A stretch of DNA of 64,000 nucleotides, taken from assembly GCA_964057225.1 (NCBI GenBank), contig OZ059895.1, positions 20,584,001 to 20,648,000 on the forward strand, given 5' to 3'. The translations under genes were made by a program, and so were the position numbers. Positions 12,306 to 23,400 of the stretch are shown here, piece after piece. A model generated the notes under the pieces. The model saw nothing but the letters and a program-made list of their open reading frames with translations. It did no database searches and was not told the origin of the DNA. Every line of letters starts with the position of its first letter. Within the stretch, counting starts at the first letter, position 1. The stretch is from Auanema rhodensis (taxonomy: Eukaryota > Animalia > Nematoda).

Positions 12306-15300
12306 TTAATTTATGCTAATTAAGTGTACACATGATGTGCACTTGGTATGTAACTCGCTTCACGTGAAAGATGAAGAGATGCGGTTTTCAAAATTAGATT
12401 CCCCATGTCCATATTAGTCTAAAAACAAATTTTTATTAATATTGGTGCATGGTAACCATGACTTTGAAATTTACGTGAACTTTAATTTATGCTAATTAAG
12501 TGTACACGTGATGTGCACTTGGTATGTAACTCGCTTCACGTGAAAGATAAAGAGATGCGGTTTTCAAAATTAGATTCCCCATGTCTATATTAGTCTAAAA
12601 ACATATTTTTATTAATACTGGTGCATGGTAACCATGACTTTGAAATTTACGTGAACTTTAATTTATGCTAATTAAGTGTACACGTGATGTGCACTTGGTA
12701 TGTAACTCGCTTCACGTGAAAGATAAAGAGATGCGGTTTTCAAAATTAGATTTCCCATGTCCATATTAGTCTAAACACAAATTTTTATTGATATTGGTGC
12801 ATGGTAACCATGACTTTGGAATTTACGTGAACTTTAATTTATGCTAATTAAGTGTACACGTGATGTGCACTTGGTATGTAACTCGCTTCACGTGAAAGAT
12901 AAAGAGATGCGGTTTTCAAAATTAGATTCCCCATTTCCATATTAGTCTAAAAACAAATTTTTATTGATATTGGTGCATGGCAACCATGACTTTAAAATTT
13001 ACGTGAACTTTAATTTATGCTAATTAAGTGTACACATGATGTGCACTTGGTATGTAACTCGTTTCACGTCAAAGATAAAGAGATGCGGTTTTCAAAATTG
13101 GATTCCCCATGTCCATATTAGTCTAAAAACAAATTTTTATTAATATTGGTGCATGGTAACCATGACTTTGAAATTTACGTGAACTTTAATTTATGCTAAT
13201 TAAGTGTACACATGATGTGCACTTGGTATGTAACTCGCTTCACGTGAAAGATGAAGAGATGCGGTTTTCAAAATTAGATTCCCCATGTCCATATTAGTCT
13301 AAAAACAAATTTTTATTAATATTGGTGCATGGTAACCATGACTTTGAAATTTACGTGAACTTTAATTTATGCTAATTAAGTGTACACATGATGTGCGCTT
13401 GGTATGTAACTCGCTTCACGTGAAAGATAAAGAGATGCGGTTTTCATAATTAGATTCCCCATTTCCATATTAGTCTAAAAACAAATTTTTATTAATATTG
13501 GTGCATGGTAACCATGACTTTGAAATTTACGTGAACTTTAATTTATGCTAATTAAGTGTACACATGATGTGCGCTTGGTATGTAACTCGCTTCACGTGAA
13601 AGATAAAGAGATGCGGTTTTCAAAATTAGATTCCCCATGTCCATATTAGTCCAAAAACAAATTTTTATTAATATTGGTGCATGGTAACCATGACTTTGAC
13701 ATTTACGTGAACTTTAATTTATGCTAATTAAGTGTACACATGATGTGCACTTGGTATGTAACTCGCTTCACGTGAAAGATAAAGAGATGCGGTTCTCAAA
13801 ATAGATTCCCCATTTCCATATTAGTCTAAAAACAAATTTTTATTGATATTGGTGCATGGCAACCATGACTTTAAAATTTACGTGAACTTTAATTTATGCT
13901 AATTAAGTGTACACATGATGTGCACTTGGTATGTAACTCGCTTCACGTGAAAGATAAAGAGATGCGGTTTTCAAAATTAGATTCCCCATGTCCATATTAG
14001 TCTAAAAACAAATTTTTATTAATATTGGTGCATGGTAACCATGACTTTGAAATTTACGTGAACTTTAATTTATGCTAATTAAGTGTACACATGATGTGCA
14101 CTTGGTATGTAACTCGCTTCACGTGAAAGATAAAGAGATGCGGTTTTCAAAATTAGATTCCCCATGTCCATATTAGTCTAAAAACAAATTTTTATTAATA
14201 TTGGTGCATGGTAACCATGACTTTGACATTTACGTGAACTTTAATTTATGCTAATTAAGTGTACACATGATGTGCACTTGGTATGTAACTCGCTTCACGT
14301 GAAAGATAAAGAGATGCGGTTTTCAAAATAGATTCCCCATTTCCATATTAGTCTAAAAACAAATTTTTATTGATATTGGTGCATGGCAACCATGACTTTA
14401 AAATTTACGTGAACTTTAATTTATGCTAATTAAGTGTACACATGATGTGCACTTGGTATGTAACTCGCTTCACGTCAAAGATAAAGAGATGAGGTTTTCA
14501 AAATTAGATTCCCCATGTCCATATTAGTCTAAAAACAAATTTTTATTAATATTGGTGCATGGTAACCATGACTTTGAAATTTACGTGAACTTTAATTTAT
14601 GCTAATTAAGTGTACACATGATGTGCGCTTGGTATGTAACTCGCTTCACGTGAAAGATAAAGAGATGCGGTTTTCAAAATTAGATTCCCCATTTCCATAT
14701 TAGTCTAAAAACAAATTTTTATTGATATTGGTGCATGGCAACCATGACTTTAAAATTTACGTGAACTTTAATTTATGCTAATTAAGTGTACACATGATGT
14801 GCACTTGGTATGTAACTCGTTTCACGTCAAAGATAAAGAGATGCGGTTTTCAAAATTGGATTCCCCATGTCCATATTAGTCTAAAAACAAATTTTTATTA
14901 ATATTGGTGCATGGTAACCATGACTTTGAAATTTACGTGAACTTTAATTTATGCTAATTAAGTGTACACATGATGTGCACTTGGTATGTAACTCGCTTCA
15001 CGTGAAAGATGAAGAGATGCGGTTTTCAAAATTAGATTCCCCATGTCCATATTAGTCTAAAAACAAATTTTTATTAATATTGGTGCATGGTAACCATGAC
15101 TTTGAAATTTACGTGAACTTTAATTTATGCTAATTAAGTGTACACATGATGTGCGCTTGGTATGTAACTCGCTTCACGTGAAAGATAAAGAGATGCGGTT
15201 TTCATAATTAGATTCCCCATTTCCATATTAGTCTAAAAACAAATTTTTATTAATATTGGTGCATGGTAACCATGACTTTGAAATTTACGTGAACTTTAAT

Positions 15301-17374
15301 TTATGCTAATTAAGTGTACACATGATGTGCGCTTGGTATGTAACTCGCTTCACGTGAAAGATAAAGAGATGCGGTTTTCAAAATTAGATTCCCCATGTCC
15401 ATATTAGTCCAAAAACAAATTTTTATTAATATTGGTGCATGGTAACCATGACTTTGACATTTACGTGAACTTTAATTTATGCTAATTAAGTGTACACATG
15501 ATGTGCACTTGGTATGTAACTCGCTTCACGTGAAAGATAAAGAGATGCGGTTCTCAAAATAGATTCCCCATTTCCATATTAGTCTAAAAACAAATTTTTA
15601 TTGATATTGGTGCATGGCAACCATGACTTTAAAATTTACGTGAACTTTAATTTATGCTAATTAAGTGTACACATGATGTGCACTTGGTATGTAACTCGCT
15701 TCACGTGAAAGATAAAGAGATGCGGTTTTCAAAATTAGATTCCCCATGTCCATATTAGTCTAAAAACAAATTTTTATTAATATTGGTGCATGGTAACCAT
15801 GACTTTGAAATTTACGTGAACTTTAATTTATGCTAATTAAGTGTACACATGATGTGCACTTGGTATGTAACTCGCTTCACGTGAAAGATAAAGAGATGCG
15901 GTTTTCAAAATTAGATTCCCCATGTCCATATTAGTCTAAAAACAAATTTTTATTAATATTGGTGCATGGTAACCATGACTTTGACATTTACGTGAACTTT
16001 AATTTATGCTAATTAAGTGTACACATGATGTGCACTTGGTATGTAACTCGCTTCACGTGAAAGATAAAGAGATGCGGTTTTCAAAATAGATTCCCCATTT
16101 CCATATTAGTCTAAAAACAAATTTTTATTGATATTGGTGCATGGCAACCATGACTTTAAAATTTACGTGAACTTTAATTTATGCTAATTAAGTGTACACA
16201 TGATGTGCACTTGGTATGTAACTCGCTTCACGTCAAAGATAAAGAGATGAGGTTTTCAAAATTAGATTCCCCATGTCCATATTAGTCTAAAAACAAATTT
16301 TTATTAATATTGGTGCATGGTAACCATGACTTTGAAATTTACGTGAACTTTAATTTATGCTAATTAAGTGTACACATGATGTGCGCTTGGTATGTAACTC
16401 GCTTCACGTGAAAGATAAAGAGATGCGGTTTTCATAATTAGATTCCTCATTTCCATATTAGTCTAAAAACAAATTTTTATTAATATTGGTGCATGGTAAC
16501 CATGACTTTGAAATTTACGTGAACTTTAATTTATGCTAATTAAGTGTACACATGATGTGCACTTGGTATGTAACTCGCTTCACGTGAAAGATGAAGAGAT
16601 GCGGTTTTCAGAATTAGATTCCCCATGTCCATATTAGTCTAAAAACAAATTTTTATTAATATTGGTGCATGGTAACCATGACTTTGAAATTTACGTGAAC
16701 TTTAATTTATGCTAATTAAGTGTACACATGATGTGCACTTGGTATGTAACTCGCTTCACGTGAAAGATAAAGAGATGCGGTTTTCCAAATTAGATTTCGC
16801 ATGTCCATATTAGTCTAAAAACAAATTTTTATTGATATTGGTGCATGGTAACCATGACTTTGAAATTTAAAATTTACGTGAACTTTAATTTATGCTAATT
16901 AAGTGTACACATGATGTGCACTTGGTATGTAACTCGTTTCACGTCAAAGATAAAGAGATGCGGTTTTCAAAATTGGATTCCCCATGTCCATATTAGTCTA
17001 AAAACAAATTTTTATTAATATTGGTGCATGGTAACCATGACTTTGAAATTTACGTGAACTTTAATTTATGCTAATTAAGTGTACACATGATGTGCACTTG
17101 GTATGTAACTCGCTACACGTGAAAGATGAAGAGATGCGGTTTTCAAAATTAGATTCCCCATGTCCATATTAGTCTAAAAACAAATTTTTATTAATATTGG
17201 TGCATGGTAACCATGACTTTGAAATTTACGTGAACTTTAATTTATGCTAATTAAGTGTACACATGATGTGCGCTTGGTATGTAACTCGCTTCACGTGAAA
17301 GATAAAGAGATGCGGTTTTCAAAATTAGATTCCCCATGTCCATATTAGTCTAAAAACAAATTTTTATTAATATT
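12300..17374 (+). repeat. 176-bp satellite array, block 3 (forward orientation, ~29 monomers)
   Basis: The forward monomer resumes at TGAACTTTAATTTATGC (12300) and ends at ...TTTTTATTAATATT (17374). Confidence 0.98.
12870..16433 (+). repeat. 10-monomer higher-order duplication (1758 bp x2) in the 176-bp array
   Basis: Rare variants CATAAT (13445/15203) and GGTTCTC (13791/15549) recur at offset 1758 = 10x176 - 2, with two 175-bp monomers per unit. Boundaries are approximate. Confidence 0.88.
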
Positions 17375-17384
17375 CTATTAATAT
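17365..17384. other. Junction between the 176-bp and 351-bp satellites, with a 9-bp TATTAATAT duplication
   Basis: TATTAATAT (17365-17373) is followed by TC and then TATTAATAT again (17376-17384). The last AT is shared with the first 351-bp unit (ATACACT). Confidence 0.9.
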
Positions 17385-17449
17385 ACACTAATGCATCATT
17401 TTTCGAACGATCATAACTAATTTTTGTATTGAGCGTTTCTCAATGTAGT

Positions 17450-20400
17450 ATAGTGCATTCGATGCGGATTTTTAAGCTGCGTCGATCTGTGTTATCAGAT
17501 TTGCGCAGGATTAAAAATGCACCGAGATATCAACTGATATAAATTCACACTTATATCCTCGATTTTCACCCTGAAGAATTAATTTTTTCGTTGAATAACA
17601 TCGTCCATCGTCTTTGCCTTGAAAAAAGGAATCTAAAAACATCTACTTTTTGCTAAATTATTTTGAAATTTTTCGAAAAAATTTTTGTCAAAATGTTTTT
17701 GGAAGCAATGTTGATTGTACATGGAAACTCAACATACACTAATGCATCATTTTTCAAACGATCATAACTAATTTTTGTATTGAGCGTTTCTCAATGTAGT
17801 ATAGTGCATTCGATGCGGATTTTTAAGCTGCGTCGATCTGTGTTATCAGATTTGCGCAGGATTAAAAATGCACCGAGATATCAACTGACATAAATTCACA
17901 CTTATATCCTCGATTTTCACCCTGAAGAATTAATTTTTTCGTTGAATAACATCGTCCATCGTCTTTGCCTTGAAAAAAGGAATCTAAAAACATCTACTTT
18001 TTGCTAAATTATTTTGAAATTTTTCGAAAAAATTTTTGTCAAAATGTTTTTGGAAGCAATGTTGATTGTACATGGAAACTCAACATACACTAATGCATCA
18101 TTTTTCAAACGATCATAACTAATTTTTGTATTGAGCGTTTCTCAATGTAGAAAAGTGCATTCGATGCGGATTTTTAAGCTGCGTCGGTCTGTGTTATCAG
18201 ATTTGCGCTAGCTTAAAAATGCACCGAGATATCAACTGATATATGTTCACACTTATATCCTCGATTTTCACCCTGAAGAATTAATTTTTTCGTTGAATTA
18301 CAATGTCCATCGTCTTTGCCTTGAAAAAAGGAATCTAAAAACATCTACTTTTTGCTAAATTATTCTGAAATTTTTCGAAAAAATTTTTGTCAAAATGTTT
18401 TTGGAAGCAATGTTGAGTGTACATGGAAACTCAACATACACTAATGCATCATTTTTCAAACGATCATAACTAATTTTTGTATTGAGCGTTTCTCAATGTA
18501 GAATAGTGCATTCGATGCGGATTTTTAAGCTGCGTCGGTCTGTGTTATCAGATTTGCGCTAGCTTAAAAATGCACCGAGATATCAACTGATATATGTTCA
18601 CACTTATATCCTCGATTTTCACCCTGAAGAATTAATTTTTTCGTTGAATAACAATGTCCATCATCTTTGCCTTGAAAAAAGGAATCTAAAAACATCTACT
18701 TTTTGCTAAATTATTTTGAAATTTTTCGAAAAAATTTTTGTCAAAATGTTTTTGGAAGCAATGTTGATTGTACATGGAAACTCAACATACACTAATGCAT
18801 CATTTTTCAAACGATCATAACTAATTTTTGTATTGAGCGTTTCTCAATGTAGAAAAGTGCATTCGATGCGGATTTTTAAGCTGCGTCGGTCTGTGTTATC
18901 AGATTTGCGCTAGCTTAAAAATGCACCGAGATATCAACTGATATATGTTCACACTTATATCCTCGATTTTCACCCTGAAGAATTAATTTTTTCGTTGAAT
19001 AACAATGTCCATCGTCTTTGCCTTGAAAAAAGGAATCTAAAAACATCTACTTTTTGCTAAATTATTCTGAAATTTTTCGAAAAAATTTTTGTCAAAATGT
19101 TTTTGGAAGCAATGTTGAGTGTACATGGAAACTCAACATACACTAATGCATCATTTTTCAAACGATCATAACTAATTTTTGTATTGAGCGTTTCTCAATG
19201 TAGAATAGTGCATTCGATGCGGATTTTCAAGCTGCGTCGGTCTGTGTTATCAGATTTGCGCTAGCTTAAAAATGCACCGAGATATCAACTGATATATGTT
19301 CACACTTATATCCTCGATTTTCACCCTGAAGAATTAATTTTTTCGTTGAATAACAATGTCCATCGTCTTTGCCTCGAAAAAAGGAATCTAAAAACATCTA
19401 CTTTTTGCTAAATTATTCTGAAATTTTTCGAAAAAATTTTTGTCAAAATGTTTTTGGAAGCAATGTTGAGTGTACATGGAAACTCAACATACACTAATGC
19501 ATCATTTTTCAAACGATCATAACTAATTTTTGTATTGAGCGTTTCTCAATGTAGAATAGTGCATTCGATGCGGATTTTTAAGCTGCGTCGGTCTGTGTTA
19601 TCAGATTTGCGCTAGCTTAAAAATGCACCGAGATATCAACTGATATATGTTCACACTTATATCCTCGATTTTCACCCTGAAGAATTAATTTTTTCGTTGA
19701 ATTACAATGTCCATCGTCTTCGCCTTGAAAAAAGGAATCTAAAAACATCTTCTTTTTGCTAAATTATCTTGAAATTTTTCGAAAAAATTTTTGTCAAAAT
19801 GTTTTTGGAAGCAATGTTGAGTGTACATGGAAACTCAACATACACTAATGCATCATTTTTCAAACGATCATAACTAATTTTTGTATTAAGCGTTTCTCAA
19901 TGTAGTATAGTGCATTCGATGCGGATTTTTAAGCTGCGTCGATCTGTGTTATCAGATTTGCGCTAGCTTAAAAATGCACCGAGATATCAACTGATATAAG
20001 TTCACACTTATATCCTCGATTTTCACCCTGAAGAATTAATTTTTTCGTTGAATAACATCGTCCATCGTCTTTGCTTTGAAAAAAGGAATCTAAAAACATC
20101 TACTTTTTGCTAAATTATTCTGAAATTTTTCGAAAAAATTTTTGTCAAAATGTTTTTGGAAGCAATGTTGAGTGTACATGGAAACTCAACATACACTAAT
20201 GCATCATTTTTCAAACGATCATAACTAATTTTTGTATTGAGCGTTTCTCAATGTAGAAAAGTGCATTCGATGCGGATTTTTAAGCTGCGTCGGTCTGTGT
20301 TATCAGATTTGCGCTAGCTTAAAAATGCACCGAGATATCAACTGATATATGTTCACACTTATATCCTCGATTTTCACCCTGAAGAATTAATTTTTTCGTT

Positions 20401-23400
20401 GAATTACAATGTCCATCGTCTTTGCCTTGAAAAAAGGAATCTAAAAACATCTACTTTTTGCTAAATTATTCTGAAATTTTTCGAAAAAATTTTTGTCAAA
20501 ATGTTTTTGGAAGCAATGTTGAGTGTACATGGAAACTCAACATACACTAATGCATCATTTTTCAAACGATCATAACTAATTTTTGTATTGAGCGTTTCTC
20601 AATGTAGAAAAGTGCATTCGATGCGGATTTTTAAGCTGCGTCGGTCTGTGTTATCAGATTTGCGCTAGCTTAAAAATGCACCGAGATATCAACTGATATA
20701 TGTTCACACTTATATCCTCGATTTTCACCCTGAAGAATTAATTTTTTCGTTGAATTACAATGTCCATCGTCTTTGCCTTGAAAAAAGGAATCTAAAAACA
20801 TCTACTTTTTGCTAAATTATTCTGAAATTTTTCGAAAAAATTTTTGTCAAAATGTTTTTGGAAGCAATGTTGAGTGTACATGGAAACTCAACATACACTA
20901 ATGCATCATTTTTCAAACGATCATAACTAATTTTTGTATTGAGCGTTTCTCAATGTAGAATAGTGCATTCGATGCGGATTTTTAAGCTGCGTCGGTCTGT
21001 GTTATCAGATTTGCGCTAGCTTAAAAATGCACCGAGATATCAACTGATATATGTTCACACTTATATCCTCGATTTTCACCCTGAAGAATTAATTTTTTCG
21101 TTGAATAACAATGTCCATCGTCTTTGCCTTGAAAAAAGGAATCTAAAAACATCTACTTTTTGCTAAATTATTTTGAAATTTTTCGAAAAAATTTTTGTCA
21201 AAATGTTTTTGGAAGCAATGTTGATTGTACATGGAAACTCAACATACACTAATGCATCATTTTTCAAACGATCATAACTAATTTTTGTATTGAGCGTTTC
21301 TCAATGTAGAAAAGTGCATTCGATGCGGATTTTTAAGCTGCGTCGGTCTGTGTTATCAGATTTGCGCTAGCTTAAAAATGCACCGAGATATCAACTGATA
21401 TATGTTCACACTTATATCCTCGATTTTCACCCTGAAGAATTAATTTTTTCGTTGAATAACAATGTCCATCGTCTTTGCCTTGAAAAAAGGAATCTAAAAA
21501 CATCTACTTTTTGCTAAATTATTCTGAAATTTTTCGAAAAAATTTTTGTCAAAATGTTTTTGGAAGCAATGTTGAGTGTACATGGAAACTCAACATACAC
21601 TAATGCATCATTTTTCAAACGATCATAACTAATTTTTGTATTGAGCGTTTCTCAATGTAGAATAGTGCATTCGATGCGGATTTTTAAGCTGCGTCGATCT
21701 GTGTTATCAGATTTGCGCAGGATTAAAAATGCACCGAGATATCAACTGATATAAATTCACACTTATATCCTCGATTTTCACCCTGAAGAATTAATTTTTT
21801 CGTTGAATAACATCGTCCATCGTCTTTGCCTTGAAAAAAGGAATCTAAAAACATCTACTTTTTGCTAAATTATTTTGAAATTTTTCGAAAAAATTTTTGT
21901 CAAAATGTTTTTGGAAGCAATGTTGATTGTACATGGAAACTCAACATACACTAATGCATCATTTTTCAAACGATCATAACTAATTTTTGTATTGAGCGTT
22001 TCTCAATGTAGTATAGTGCATTCGATGCGGATTTTTAAGCTGCGTCGATCTGTGTTATCAGATTTGCGCAGGATTAAAAATGCACCGAGATATCAACTGA
22101 CATAAATTCACACTTATATCCTCGATTTTCACCCTGAAGAATTAATTTTTTCGTTGAATAACATCGTCCATCGTCTTTGCCTTGAAAAAAGGAATCTAAA
22201 AACATCTACTTTTTGCTAAATTATTTTGAAATTTTTCGAAAAAATTTTTGTCAAAATGTTTTTGGAAGCAATGTTGATTGTACATGGAAACTCAACATAC
22301 ACTAATGCATCATTTTTCAAACGATCATAACTAATTTTTGTATTGAGCGTTTCTCAATGTAGAAAAGTGCATTCGATGCGGATTTTTAAGCTGCGTCGGT
22401 CTGTGTTATCAGATTTGCGCTAGCTTAAAAATGCACCGAGATATCAACTGATATATGTTCACACTTATATCCTCGATTTTCACCCTGAAGAATTAATTTT
22501 TTCGTTGAATTACAATGTCCATCGTCTTTGCCTTGAAAAAAGGAATCTAAAAACATCTACTTTTTGCTAAATTATTCTGAAATTTTTCGAAAAAATTTTT
22601 GTCAAAATGTTTTTGGAAGCAATGTTGAGTGTACATGGAAACTCAACATACACTAATGCATCATTTTTCAAACGATCATAACTAATTTTTGTATTGAGCG
22701 TTTCTCAATGTAGAATAGTGCATTCGATGCGGATTTTCAAGCTGCGTCGGTCTGTGTTATCAGATTTGCGCTAGCTTAAAAATGCACCGAGATATCAACT
22801 GATATATGTTCACACTTATATCCTCGATTTTCACCCTGAAGAATTAATTTTTTCGTTGAATAACAATGTCCATCGTCTTTGCCTTGAAAAAAGGAATCTA
22901 AAAACATCTACTTTTTGCTAAATTATTTTGAAATTTTTCGAAAAAATTTTTGTCAAAATGTTTTTGGAAGCAATGTTGATTGTACATGGAAACTCAACAT
23001 ACACTAATGCATCATTTTTCAAACGATCATAACTAATTTTTGTATTGAGCGTTTCTCAATGTAGAAAAGTGCATTCGATGCGGATTTTTAAGCTGCGTCG
23101 GTCTGTGTTATCAGATTTGCGCTAGCTTAAAAATGCACCGAGATATCAACTGATATATGTTCACACTTATATCCTCGATTTTCACCCTGAAGAATTAATT
23201 TTTTCGTTGAATAACAATGTCCATCGTCTTTGCCTTGAAAAAAGGAATCTAAAAACATCTACTTTTTGCTAAATTATTCTGAAATTTTTCGAAAAAATTT
23301 TTGTCAAAATGTTTTTGGAAGCAATGTTTAGTGTACATGGAAACTCAACATACACTAATGCATCATTTTTCAAACGATCATAACTAATTTTTGTATTGAG

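Noticed and set aside
1-17374. Assignment to a named satellite (primate alpha 171 bp, Arabidopsis CEN178, honey bee AluI 176 bp, Tribolium ~350-360 bp families)
   Set aside because: Only the lengths are similar. I recognise no diagnostic sequence, and the 176-mer has no AGCT site. A database search is needed.
17586-17602. CENP-B-box-like TTTCGTTGAATAAC in the 351-mer
   Set aside because: It matches TTCG and the central A of NTTCGNNNNANNCGGGN but lacks the essential CGGG.
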